This document shows, in pieces, positions 39,609 through 48,599 of a stretch of DNA of 64,000 bases. A model generated the notes under the pieces. It did no database searches and was not told where the DNA came from. It saw only the letters and a program-made list of their open reading frames with translations. Positions within the stretch are counted from its first letter, which is position 1, and each line of letters starts with the position of its first letter. The DNA is taken from IMG/VR virus record IMGVR_UViG_3300036766_000359, positions 64,001-128,000 of that record; one strand, written 5' to 3'. Origin of the DNA: a virus. The translations under genes and the position numbers were made by a program.

Positions 39609-40349
39609 ATGCGAACAATCATTGCATCAGTTTCAACTGAAGATCTTACTAATTATTTTAAAGGCGGTACGTGGAAGTCATCCATTATAGATGGAGTTTT
39701 CCGTGCAAAATCTCGAGAGTTTAAAGTAAAACTCACGCCTAAAGGCGCTGTATATGATGTCCATGTCAGTAGCGTTGATGATCCATCTGACTCTGATGAA
39801 ATGATGACGGATGACCCTGCTAAATTCATTGCTAGTTTCTTGGAAACGGGAACTCCAGGAGATGAATTTTTTAAGAAAAGGTCGTCTTTAGGCCCGGATG
39901 ATGTTCGAGATGCCCTCCTTCGACTTTCCAGTGACATCGAAAATGGTCAGATCGGGCCAGTCCGACTTGCTAAAATTCTTCGTCGCATAGTGGTGAAATC
40001 TGGTCCGACATATAGGAACACCCCCGTGGCCGCCAGAGTGGCCATGAATTATGACGATTTTGAGGTCCTAGAGTTATCAAAGCTCAGATCAAAAATGGCG
40101 GATAATGGTTGGAGAGCAAAAGTAGAATCGGGTACCAATAGTCATCCGATCTTAAAAATAGATATTGGCGAAGTTTATGAAGCCACCATTTCGGTTAACC
40201 ATCAATCTTGGGATTTCCGCTTCGAAACTAACTTCTCAGACGACCTGGACGACGGCGCAACTGACGACCCGATTTTTGTCTTTCAGAAGTTCCAAAAAGA
40301 GGCATATAACCGACCGACAGAGCCTCAGACGACGACAGAGCCTACTTGA
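39609..40349 (+). CDS. Hypothetical protein with an internally duplicated TDDP domain and a central helical module
   Basis: MMTDDPAKFIASF and GATDDPIFVFQKF; central GPDDVRDALLRLSSDIEN..LAKILRRI. Confidence 0.7.
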   Translation: MRTIIASVSTEDLTNYFKGGTWKSSIIDGVFRAKSREFKVKLTPKGAVYDVHVSSVDDPSDSDEMMTDDPAKFIASFLETGTPGDEFFKKRSSLGPDDVRDALLRLSSDIENGQIGPVRLAKILRRIVVKSGPTYRNTPVAARVAMNYDDFEVLELSKLRSKMADNGWRAKVESGTNSHPILKIDIGEVYEATISVNHQSWDFRFETNFSDDLDDGATDDPIFVFQKFQKEAYNRPTEPQTTTEPT

Positions 40350-40394
40350 CTTACCGGGTGTCGTAAATCACCGGGTGTCGTTCGTATACCCTTC

Positions 40395-40757
40395 ATGACC
40401 ATATATTCTGTCAAGAACGGCCTTCTTGAAATGACCGTTGACGAGTTCAAAGCCTTGAACCTTGTTGACTTACTATGTTCTTATATTCGAAGTAAATCAT
40501 GGCCGAACGCCACCGGGCCTGAGTTACAGTCAATCCACAGGGCGTCAAGAATGTGCTACGAGCTGAAAGTCAACAATTGTCTGACGATGGTGGACCGAAC
40601 AGACGCACAGATTCTGTATGACCTTCCGATCACACTTGATATGAGTTGGCTAAACAGTACGTTGAATAAAGTCATGGTAAATCTTCGAGATACGGGAGAC
40701 GTTTTGACCATGGCAGATCATTTTGCAAAATCTGTTCACTTAACAATGTCTGACTAG
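40395..40757 (+). CDS. Hypothetical protein
   Basis: 120-aa ORF. Confidence 0.6.
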   Translation: MTIYSVKNGLLEMTVDEFKALNLVDLLCSYIRSKSWPNATGPELQSIHRASRMCYELKVNNCLTMVDRTDAQILYDLPITLDMSWLNSTLNKVMVNLRDTGDVLTMADHFAKSVHLTMSD

Positions 40758-40759
40758 TA

Positions 40760-40962
40760 GTGAATGAGCATCAATCTATGACTCCGAATCAACGTCATTG
40801 TGTAGCCAGGAACCAAAACACTCCTCCCGAAATCTTAACCAAATTATCTGGTGATACGAATCCAGGGTTCGTCAGTTTGTGGCCTCAAATCCCAACACTT
40901 CTCCCGAAACCCTAGTCCAATTTGATGCACTTGAAGCCGCTTATTCGGTGATGGATAGTTAA
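40760..40962 (+). pseudogene. Frameshifted fragment of two LRV repeats
   Basis: RHCVARNQNTPPEILTKLSGDTNP, then after a one-base shift at about 40866, VRQFVASNPNTSPETLVQ; homologous to the repeats in 499-2529. Confidence 0.7.
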
Positions 40963-40997
40963 AATGCATATTCAGGAAATAATATTAGGGGAGCCAA

Positions 40998-41225
40998 ATG
41001 AACTGGTCTAAACTATTAGAATATTCCGTGCTACTAGAATATTTCATATTATCCATTCCTGGAGTGGCTTTGGTAGCCGCCGGAGCTGCGTTGGGCGGGT
41101 TGAATGCCGCTTTCATTTTTCTGGTTCCGCTATTTGGTATTTATCTTTTAGGTCGAAATCATGGAGCAGAGGCATTGATGAAAGCTATAAAGGCTTCGAT
41201 GAAGGAACCAGTGGACCCGACCTGA
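40998..41225 (+). CDS. Small membrane protein (two hydrophobic segments)
   Basis: ILSIPGVALVAAGAALGGLNAAFIFLVPLFGIYLL; GGAG SD. Confidence 0.65.
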   Translation: MNWSKLLEYSVLLEYFILSIPGVALVAAGAALGGLNAAFIFLVPLFGIYLLGRNHGAEALMKAIKASMKEPVDPT

Positions 41226-41262
41226 TTTATTTTATCATGAACTTGTTGAAAAATCGCAAAGT

Positions 41263-42147
41263 TTAGTGCGAATGTAACGTCTGAATCAGCCACTGGATTA
41301 GTGCAGCGATGGCAGCAATCGCTCCAACCGGGATGGTAATTTTCCTTGTGAGATTCTTCCCAGATTTTTCAGCCTGATTTTGAATTGCCAGAATTGCTCT
41401 GTTAGTAGTTTCCTTCATATGGTTTTCAAAAATCTGTATACGTTTATCATGAATGGTATCCGTCGTAATCAACATGAGAATCTCTGTCGTGTGATTTGAA
41501 AGTTCTCGTATTATTTCATTTTTAAACATATTAATCATTTGAACATTTTCAAGAGCCAGATCGGCAGCCCTGTTTGCCGCCGACAAACAAGATCTCATCT
41601 GAAGTTTTATGTTATCAATTGAGTCACGTGTTTCGGTAATTTCACCCCCGAGTCGGACTACGTGTTCCTCAGTCCAAAATCGAAGATCTGCCATCTTATG
41701 GAACAGATCGTTAAAATTATTTGTTGCTTCCATGGTAGCAGACATGGAGGTATACTCAGGACCCGATTCCGTAGTCGTATTCATATGCCCCATTTTAAAC
41801 CAGTAAAACGGATGATTAGTATCAAACAACTCCGAATACCACCAAATGAGTTTACCGTCCGAATTTTTCCACGGCCATATGAATAATTTGTGAATTTTTC
41901 CTTTTGTCTGGTCGGATATCATATCCCTTACCCAGTCATGGAACTTTTCCGGAATGACGCTAAATATAGTCATTCCTTGTAGTTGTTCGAGTTTGAACCC
42001 ATATGTGTTCAATACGAATTCATTCGCCCACACAATTTCCCCAGAGATGAGATTTACTTCTATAAATCCACGGTCGTTAAGGGACCTTCCATAGTCTCGG
42101 ATAACTTCGATCTCGTTGCTGGTTATTTGCATATGTAAAGACTTCAA
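41263..42147 (-). CDS. PAS-domain + coiled-coil protein with a C-terminal transmembrane helix
   Basis: IVWANEFVLNTYGFKLEQLQGMTIFSVIP...WKNSDGKLIWW matches PAS; C-terminal ITIPVGAIAAIAALIQWLI. Confidence 0.7.
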   Translation of the reverse strand: MKSLHMQITSNEIEVIRDYGRSLNDRGFIEVNLISGEIVWANEFVLNTYGFKLEQLQGMTIFSVIPEKFHDWVRDMISDQTKGKIHKLFIWPWKNSDGKLIWWYSELFDTNHPFYWFKMGHMNTTTESGPEYTSMSATMEATNNFNDLFHKMADLRFWTEEHVVRLGGEITETRDSIDNIKLQMRSCLSAANRAADLALENVQMINMFKNEIIRELSNHTTEILMLITTDTIHDKRIQIFENHMKETTNRAILAIQNQAEKSGKNLTRKITIPVGAIAAIAALIQWLIQTLHSH

Positions 42148-42189
42148 ACCTTGTTACAATGAAGTTGGACAAGGATTTCATTACAACCC

Positions 42190-42549
42190 GTGGTAGGGTA
42201 TGTAATGGTAAACTTTTTACAAGTAGAATGCTCAAAATGCAAAGTGGCAAAATCCTGCCCACATTTCGGGTCTAGTCCACTGCGCATACCTGGGTATATG
42301 CCAGAGTATTGCAAAATCATAGGTGGATATGGGAGGAAACCAGTAGACCCGGCGATTCTCTCGCCGGAAAGTCTTAGTATTTCGACTCCAGGTTCGTGTC
42401 TTACGATCGCTTATATCCCGGTCGTCGACAAAGAGACAGGGCAAATCATAATGAAACTTACAAAAATTTTCGCCCCTCCTGTTCTACATGAGAGGGAAAA
42501 AATTCCGTGGAATATTGAAGAAATGTACCCTAAACCCCACAAGATTTAG
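42190..42549 (+). CDS. Cys-containing hypothetical protein
   Basis: CSKC..C..C pattern. Confidence 0.55.
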   Translation: MVGYVMVNFLQVECSKCKVAKSCPHFGSSPLRIPGYMPEYCKIIGGYGRKPVDPAILSPESLSISTPGSCLTIAYIPVVDKETGQIIMKLTKIFAPPVLHEREKIPWNIEEMYPKPHKI

Positions 42550-42877
42550 AAGTGCGGGACCTACGTTTCATTCGTCGAATTAGTTTATTAGTTTCCAGTA
42601 TTATTTCTTGATCAGAAATACCACATCGTATTGCTTCTTTAACGGCACCGTTAACGTCACGTTCTACTCTCTTACGAGTAGTTTCTCGACTCCAATTTCT
42701 TATCCATTCTGCAAATCTTATACGATTTTCAGGAGTTACGTTAATCACTGACCGCAACTTTCTGAACCGTCTTTTTGGTTCGAAATCCATGCCAACCGGA
42801 TTTTTTAGAATTTCGAATGGCGCACCTTTGACAGTTAGAAGGTGGTATGCTACGCCATCTAGATAAGAGTATATCAA
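42530..42877 (-). CDS. Basic hypothetical protein; true start probably internal (MDFEPK)
   Basis: R/K-rich ORF; the 5' part overlaps the next gene. Confidence 0.45.
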   Translation of the reverse strand: MIYSYLDGVAYHLLTVKGAPFEILKNPVGMDFEPKRRFRKLRSVINVTPENRIRFAEWIRNWSRETTRKRVERDVNGAVKEAIRCGISDQEIILETNKLIRRMKRRSRTSKSCGV

Positions 42878-43022
42878 ATTCTTTGTTACACTGACAACGC
42901 ACTCGAGCCCAACGTTCAGTATATGATTTTCCCGTTTTCGCGACTAAACGAACACGTTCCATAACATTTATCAGTTCGAGATTGCCAGAACTTTTACGTA
43001 AAGAATTCGGGTCAAATGTCAT
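42741..43022 (-). CDS. Small Zn-finger protein
   Basis: RVRCQCNKEF...SNCQRCA, resembling HNH-associated Zn-ribbon modules. Confidence 0.55.
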   Translation of the reverse strand: MTFDPNSLRKSSGNLELINVMERVRLVAKTGKSYTERWARVRCQCNKEFDILLSRWRSIPPSNCQRCAIRNSKKSGWHGFRTKKTVQKVAVSD

Positions 43023-43027
43023 AATGC

Positions 43028-43264
43028 CTACTTACGACTAGTACGAATCGCTGATTCATACATCTTGGGTAAATTTTTTACAACATTGTCCATCAGATCA
43101 TGAACGCTCATTTTTGAACCAGTAGCTCGAAATGCAATTAAAGTTTCGGCTGCAAGGATTACTTCTAGTGTGTCGTACTCTTTACTTTGATCAATTAGAA
43201 CGTGAGCCAAACTATTAGCTTTTTTCATGAAAGCTCGACGTTCTTTTGCTGTCATACTAGCCAT
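43028..43264 (-). CDS. Hypothetical protein
   Basis: 78-aa ORF in a gene chain. Confidence 0.6.
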   Translation of the reverse strand: MASMTAKERRAFMKKANSLAHVLIDQSKEYDTLEVILAAETLIAFRATGSKMSVHDLMDNVVKNLPKMYESAIRTSRK

Positions 43265-43273
43265 TAAATTTCA

Positions 43274-44248
43274 TCAAGGGTGGTATTTATCAGAAGTATC
43301 CGACAAAACGTATTCATCCTTCCATTGTTTCCCATTCCAATTAGGGTCAGAGCATATTTTAACTATATCATCCATAGTTCGATATAAGTCATAGAGCGTT
43401 GAGTCATTTTCTATTACGAAGTCATACGCAGAGTCCTTGATCCTAGTTTGTTCGGTTTCTGACCGATGGTTAAACGGAGGTTTCGCAACAATAGGACGTT
43501 TAATCCGTATGATTACAGGAACCAGGTTTTCATCAGCGGCTTCACGTGCAAGTTTATGTTCATGAATATGACGAAAATCTGAAAAACACGTAATGAATTG
43601 AGAAATGGGGTCTACGGATTGTACAGGAAACAGTCCTTTTTCTTTCGAATACGCATAACCCGAGGCAATGAGGCGGTGATCTTGTATCCCTTTTCGAATC
43701 CAAGTGTCTGAGTACAAAGTATTCATTAATTCCATGTACTGCTGAAGAGACTCACGCGGAGATAACCAAAAATCAGGGTCACCTTCACGAACAAAATACC
43801 TAACAAGCCCATCTTTAGTCAGTTTATTCGGTTTTTGTGTTAAATAAGATTGAGAGTTATTTATGTCATCGTATGAATCATACAAATACCAAAGGTCTTT
43901 TTTTGCCCCTCCGATATACTGATTCCCGTTTTTGTCAACAATATCAAAAACATCATCAGGAATATTTTCTGGATGAACATTCCATCTTTGAAGATTAACA
44001 AGTTTAGTAATTTGCTTCGGGTATCTAACATCACCAGCGTTTCGAAATTCTGAAGGCCCCCACAATTGATTAGTCGTAAATCCGTAAGCGTCTTGCATAT
44101 GGCGCTTACCCGGATCAGCTAGACCAGTACGAGTTGCATTATGAAATGTAACAAGCCTGTTAGCGCATTCGTCTTTGCCTGCACTACTAAATCCCGATAT
44201 GCAAATCATTAAATGAGTCATTTCTTCCTCGTGTGTTCGTGTGTACAA
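43274..44248 (-). CDS. Deoxynucleoside monophosphate kinase with internal insertion
   Basis: P-loop ISGFSSAGKD; PRESLQ; SDFRHIHE; IKRP; HRSET. True start may be MTHLMIC. Confidence 0.8.
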   Translation of the reverse strand: MYTRTHEEEMTHLMICISGFSSAGKDECANRLVTFHNATRTGLADPGKRHMQDAYGFTTNQLWGPSEFRNAGDVRYPKQITKLVNLQRWNVHPENIPDDVFDIVDKNGNQYIGGAKKDLWYLYDSYDDINNSQSYLTQKPNKLTKDGLVRYFVREGDPDFWLSPRESLQQYMELMNTLYSDTWIRKGIQDHRLIASGYAYSKEKGLFPVQSVDPISQFITCFSDFRHIHEHKLAREAADENLVPVIIRIKRPIVAKPPFNHRSETEQTRIKDSAYDFVIENDSTLYDLYRTMDDIVKICSDPNWNGKQWKDEYVLSDTSDKYHP

Positions 44249-45272
44249 TGCAATAACTGTAAGTTCCTTTAGCCATATTACAGTTATGGCACAATACCTG
44301 AAATTTTGATTTTCTACGAAATTTCTCGATAAATGTGGATTTTTTGATAGTTATCCATTTATATAATGATGGACCACTTCTCGGTCCTTCATTATCAGTT
44401 TTATATGATATTTTATGATCAATGCATAGTCTATTTAATGCAGTTTCTCCACAACCGTTACAAGAACATTTGACAACCCCGTTACATACAGTTTCTAAAG
44501 CAGCCTTTTTCAGATTTTGTGATTCTATACACAGGTGTTTTAGGTAATCTTCTTTATTACAACAAATACATAAAACTTCATATTTTGACTTATCTGAATT
44601 TAACAAAATATCACGGTATAACCCGCGTGGATTGAAGTGTATACGATGTTCTTTTCCGTCATTGTTAATATGCTGAACTGTTAAAAACTTAATTTCGGTT
44701 ATATTACAACGAACACATTTTACTCCTCCAAGAGCATTGAAAACAGCCACTCGTTCAGAAACATACCTATTATTATCACATTCTTTACATGCGGAATTCA
44801 AACCGTCACTTTTCCCATTATATCGAAAAAATTCATTTGATTTCTTAATCTTTTTGCAATGCCAACATTTTTTAACGTAAGGAACAACTACATTTTGTCT
44901 TATCTTATTTTTATTGAGCAATGAATTTTTCTGGGTATTATCACAGCTTTTGCAACACCAGTTTAAACCATCTTTCCCAGAAAGATTTTTAGCAAATTGA
45001 TCACTTGACTTTGTTAGTCCGCATTTTCCACATGAGTTTTGACCTGGTAGCTCGTTTTCTTTATTTAACTTTTTACGATTTGTTCTAGAAATTAAATTGG
45101 AAGTTTTAGTACACTCTTTACAAAATCGTTGAAGACCGTCTTTTCTCGATGAACTTTTATAAAATAAATCAAAAGATTTTGTTTTCCTACATCTGCTACA
45201 TATTTTCATATTTATGCATGTGAACAAAAAATTTATAGAGTATGTTACCAGTTCCTGCCCATCCAACTTCAT
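44187..45272 (-). CDS. HNH-type endonuclease with three CxxC...CxxC Zn-finger repeats and two HNH-like cores
   Basis: CSRC..K....F......KDGL...CKxC three times; LTVQHINNDG...LCICCN and LCIDHK...QVLCHNCNMAKG. Probable start at 45209. Confidence 0.8.
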   Translation of the reverse strand: MKLDGQELVTYSINFLFTCINMKICSRCRKTKSFDLFYKSSSRKDGLQRFCKECTKTSNLISRTNRKKLNKENELPGQNSCGKCGLTKSSDQFAKNLSGKDGLNWCCKSCDNTQKNSLLNKNKIRQNVVVPYVKKCWHCKKIKKSNEFFRYNGKSDGLNSACKECDNNRYVSERVAVFNALGGVKCVRCNITEIKFLTVQHINNDGKEHRIHFNPRGLYRDILLNSDKSKYEVLCICCNKEDYLKHLCIESQNLKKAALETVCNGVVKCSCNGCGETALNRLCIDHKISYKTDNEGPRSGPSLYKWITIKKSTFIEKFRRKSKFQVLCHNCNMAKGTYSYCIVHTNTRGRNDSFNDLHIGI

Positions 45273-45297
45273 TCTTCAGGCGATCCTCTATAAAATC

Positions 45298-45984
45298 CTA
45301 TCTAGTACCGGGTTTTCTAATTTCCATCGTACCGAATGTACTACTGCAGTACCATAAAGCGAGGTCCACTATTCCGAGAGGTACTTGATCATCACCACGC
45401 ATTGATTTACACATATCTTCACAGTCTTCAAATCCCCAATGTTCAGCCATACGAACGAGGTGTAGATCTGGTTTCACACATTCAAGTAGTCCGATATTTC
45501 TCCCGAGATGATACCTAGTAACTGGACCGATGTACGAAAGTTCTCCTATCTTCTCAACATCCGAAAGATTCAAAGATCGCCATTTTTCCCACCCAAGCGT
45601 TTTAAGTTCATCAACCATCCTTTTGGCGGTTGAGTGGATGGCACGAGCTTTCTGTGGGTTATTGCATACCAGCCGGACTCTTTCCATAACATGGTCAAAA
45701 TTTTCAGTGCCACATTTATCCCAGCTCCCGTAAGCCGTAAGAAGTTTCGGCATGAACTTCCCGACGGCCTTTGCTGAGAAACCAGTGGCATGGACAACAA
45801 AAATATATTCACGAAAGAAGTACTCCGGTGTCACATTTTCTAGTTTGACTGATGAAATTTGATCAATAACGTCTTGATAAAACTTCGTAGCAAATTTATA
45901 TGCTTTTTCAAAGTATGGTCCAGGACCATCATTGAAATCCGGTTCATACTCTGATATATCACCTAGGTCTTTATGTGGTTCCAT
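45298..45984 (-). CDS. HhH-GPD superfamily DNA glycosylase-like protein
   Basis: NNPQKARAI; HhH LSYIGPVT; VKPDLHLVR with the conserved Asp; VDLALW. Confidence 0.65.
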   Translation of the reverse strand: MEPHKDLGDISEYEPDFNDGPGPYFEKAYKFATKFYQDVIDQISSVKLENVTPEYFFREYIFVVHATGFSAKAVGKFMPKLLTAYGSWDKCGTENFDHVMERVRLVCNNPQKARAIHSTAKRMVDELKTLGWEKWRSLNLSDVEKIGELSYIGPVTRYHLGRNIGLLECVKPDLHLVRMAEHWGFEDCEDMCKSMRGDDQVPLGIVDLALWYCSSTFGTMEIRKPGTR

Positions 45985-46131
45985 ACTAAATTCCTTGATG
46001 TGTTACAAGAACATGGCACCATACACATAATAATCTACATTTTGACATTTCTTCTTGTAAACGATTTAAGTTTACATTTAATCGTATTCCGTAGATATTG
46101 AGATATTTCGGGTCATATTTCCCCGATGGCA

Positions 46132-46461
46132 TCAGTGCCAGAATTGAGCTCCTGAGGTTCCATATTCATACTCCAGACGGAGAATTATTTTTTCATTCCA
46201 ACTGTCGGATATCTCTTGCTTCCAGTATCCGTGTAAAACATTACACTCGTCACTTACGAATCCATTCCAACAATGAACGCAAAAATTGGTACAATGTCCA
46301 TATGCCGTAAATTTGCGTATATTTTCATGTATGATTCCACATTGCTGGCAATGCCCCCTTTCAGGATTCCAAAGAATGTGCATAATCGTTTCTTTAACGT
46401 CAAAATAGAGAATAAGTGTAAGTTCGTTTGAACTTGTTATGCGACTAAGTTTTCCGGTCAA
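46132..46461 (-). CDS. Small Cys-rich hypothetical protein
   Basis: CQQC and CVHC pairs; start uncertain. Confidence 0.45.
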   Translation of the reverse strand: MTGKLSRITSSNELTLILYFDVKETIMHILWNPERGHCQQCGIIHENIRKFTAYGHCTNFCVHCWNGFVSDECNVLHGYWKQEISDSWNEKIILRLEYEYGTSGAQFWH

Positions 46462-46479
46462 TCACATTTAGGAGTATTC

Positions 46480-47022
46480 ATGAAGTCACGAAAATCAGGC
46501 ATGAAAACATTGAAGATCCCATATAGTAATGGGAGAATTTGTTATATAACCGATCATAATAGTGAATGTGAAGTCACAATTGAGTGTTATGCGTTAAAAA
46601 AAGCATTTCATTTTCCGTACAGTCACGACTCCAATTTGTCTGTTGGAGATTGGGTTAAATTTTGTGGGACTACAAGAGTTAATACAAAAATCCAAAAAAA
46701 CGGTAAAAATGAAGAAAAAATTCGTTATTACCACAAGCCATACGATGGGAGTTCAGTGAGTGGATGGGTATTTTTTGAACTTCAAAACGTAGAAATCAAG
46801 GTGATAGCGCATCCTGATATAAATTGTAATTTGGAAAAATCAGGTATTCGGATTCAACGCCACCTAGAATCTTGGGTTACAAGTCTAAAACCCGTAGAAA
46901 TTAAAGAGACAATCAGTTCACTTGAAAACACGATTAATTCATTAAAACAGGTACTCATAAAACAAGAAATACTAAACGCGGACAGAGAACACAAAATGCT
47001 GATCATTGATATCGCAGTTTAG
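46480..47022 (+). CDS. Hypothetical protein
   Basis: 180 aa; AGGAG SD. Confidence 0.65.
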   Translation: MKSRKSGMKTLKIPYSNGRICYITDHNSECEVTIECYALKKAFHFPYSHDSNLSVGDWVKFCGTTRVNTKIQKNGKNEEKIRYYHKPYDGSSVSGWVFFELQNVEIKVIAHPDINCNLEKSGIRIQRHLESWVTSLKPVEIKETISSLENTINSLKQVLIKQEILNADREHKMLIIDIAV

Positions 47023-47310
47023 TCATTTGATTTGATTTCCGAGGTTAGCGAGAGCTTCAATAACCATCTTCAAATTTGCTTGAGGAGACTGGTTCACAGT
47101 ATCGTGAATACTCGGAGCGAGAAGACCATTTCTCCTTTTCAATTCTTCAGATGCACAGTCAAGAACATCAAAAAGCTCGTTATCGCTTATCGAGTTAATT
47201 TCCAACTTAACTTTTGCAAAAAGTTCTCCTTCCATACTTTTCCTTTCTATATTGTGGTAACGTACAGTAAACAAATTTATAGTGTAAATTTTACTATGAT
47301 TACTATACAA
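47023..47310 (-). CDS. Hypothetical protein; probable start MEGELF at about 47235
   Basis: AAGGA SD precedes the internal ATG. Confidence 0.5.
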   Translation of the reverse strand: MYSNHSKIYTINLFTVRYHNIERKSMEGELFAKVKLEINSISDNELFDVLDCASEELKRRNGLLAPSIHDTVNQSPQANLKMVIEALANLGNQIK

Positions 47311-47324
47311 TTGTAGTAAAATTT
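47286..47324. promoter_or_regulatory. AT-rich divergent promoter region with inverted repeats
   Basis: aaattttacta (47286-96) / tagtaaaattt (47314-24); palindrome tacaattgta at 47306-15. Confidence 0.45.
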
Positions 47325-47370
47325 TATTTTACTATACTATACAGTTTACAGTAAAGTTACGAAAGAAAGT

Positions 47371-48183
47371 TTGATTATGAAACAAAAGAATGTTTTTGTC
47401 TTTTTCGTTTTTTTCGTTTCTGTTGCAATTACATACTTCAGTTTAGCTCAAGAAAATGTCAGTAAAACCCCTTCAAATTCATTGATTAAACAACACGCGT
47501 TTTTAATTTCACCTGCAGTCATACCAGTCATTTCGGAGTCAAAAGTAATTTCGGAGACTGTAGTTCGAAAAGTTGAACGATCATCTAAGCTAGAAGCCGA
47601 AATTTTTTCAAAAATTTCGGTTTCAGAGGGCGGATTTTCTCACATAGAATCAAAAGCGATTTTACAAGCTTTAGAAGACATGAGGTCAGGGAGATCTCTT
47701 CTTGAAACAATGTATGGACAAAGTCCTCACGTTTCTAAAAGAAAACCATTTACAGATCCAAGACAAGTTTGGGTGAGTAATTTACCAATGCACGGGTCAG
47801 AAGTTCCAACTGGTTGGATAGAATGCATTGTTGAGAATGGACAAAAATCGCCAAAGGGTTGTTCAGGTAACTGGAAGAGTACGTCAAAATCGTGGGAAGC
47901 ATTCAGAAGTTATGCCACAGGTTTATACTGGAGTGGGGAAATCCCGAACGTTGTTGATGGAGTTATTGCACAGTGGGGAGGAGATATGGACTATTGGCGC
48001 GGTGCAGGCAGAAACCTATGTCCGCTAAAATCCACTGAAACCAAAAATACTTATTGGGGTTTCCCTCAGAAAAATGTTGGGAAATGTTTAGAGATTGACC
48101 AGAAGAAAGTAGAAAAGAGCCGCGTTCTAACTGCACAAGTTGCGGCAGGTCGTGCAGCTCGTCGTCATCTAATTTTGAATTAA
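47371..48183 (+). CDS. Secreted or membrane-anchored protein, possible cell-wall hydrolase
   Basis: N-terminal hydrophobic helix; FSKISVSEGG...AILQAL weakly resembles SleB/Hydrolase_2 helices. Confidence 0.4.
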   Translation: MIMKQKNVFVFFVFFVSVAITYFSLAQENVSKTPSNSLIKQHAFLISPAVIPVISESKVISETVVRKVERSSKLEAEIFSKISVSEGGFSHIESKAILQALEDMRSGRSLLETMYGQSPHVSKRKPFTDPRQVWVSNLPMHGSEVPTGWIECIVENGQKSPKGCSGNWKSTSKSWEAFRSYATGLYWSGEIPNVVDGVIAQWGGDMDYWRGAGRNLCPLKSTETKNTYWGFPQKNVGKCLEIDQKKVEKSRVLTAQVAAGRAARRHLILN

Positions 48184-48599
48184 TCTCGGGGGCATTTCGA
48201 AATATCAGCACATGATGTGACTTTAGTTGCGCAGGTCAAATCATACATGATGATATTTACGGATCTCATATTTTCACAAACACTTTCGCATGTCGCCCCG
48301 TCATTGGTGGGGTTACCTTCTTTACACGACATGGACCTGAAATTAGAACAAGCCGTCGTACAAGACGGAACTACCGCGATCGGAGCGGGTGTTGGCCTAG
48401 GGGGTATTACGATCGGAGCGGGTGTTGGCCTAGGGGGTATTACGATCGGCGTAGGCGTAGGCGTAGGCGGGCACAACCCCATGCGTTCGCCACCACTTGT
48501 GTGTTCCGCATCGGGGCTAGTACTAGAATTTACACACTGGTCGCAACCGTAGTTACAACCTACGATAAGAAGAATCAGTGTGGTTAGATAAATTCTCAT
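48180..48599 (-). CDS. Cys-rich putative lipoprotein with Pro-rich linker
   Basis: Lipobox-like LLIVGC; PTPAPIVIPPR repeats; C-terminal Cys-rich domain. Confidence 0.65.
   Translation of the reverse strand: MRIYLTTLILLIVGCNYGCDQCVNSSTSPDAEHTSGGERMGLCPPTPTPTPIVIPPRPTPAPIVIPPRPTPAPIAVVPSCTTACSNFRSMSCKEGNPTNDGATCESVCENMRSVNIIMYDLTCATKVTSCADISKCPRD
48377..48449. repeat. 33-nt tandem repeat (2.2 copies)
   Basis: cgatcggagcgggtgttggcctagggggtatta repeated; encodes the Pro-rich linker. Confidence 0.9.

Noticed and set aside
40353-40381. 12-bp direct repeat accgggtgtcgt (two copies, 17-nt period)
   Set aside because: Only two copies and none noticed elsewhere; too little to call an operator or iteron.
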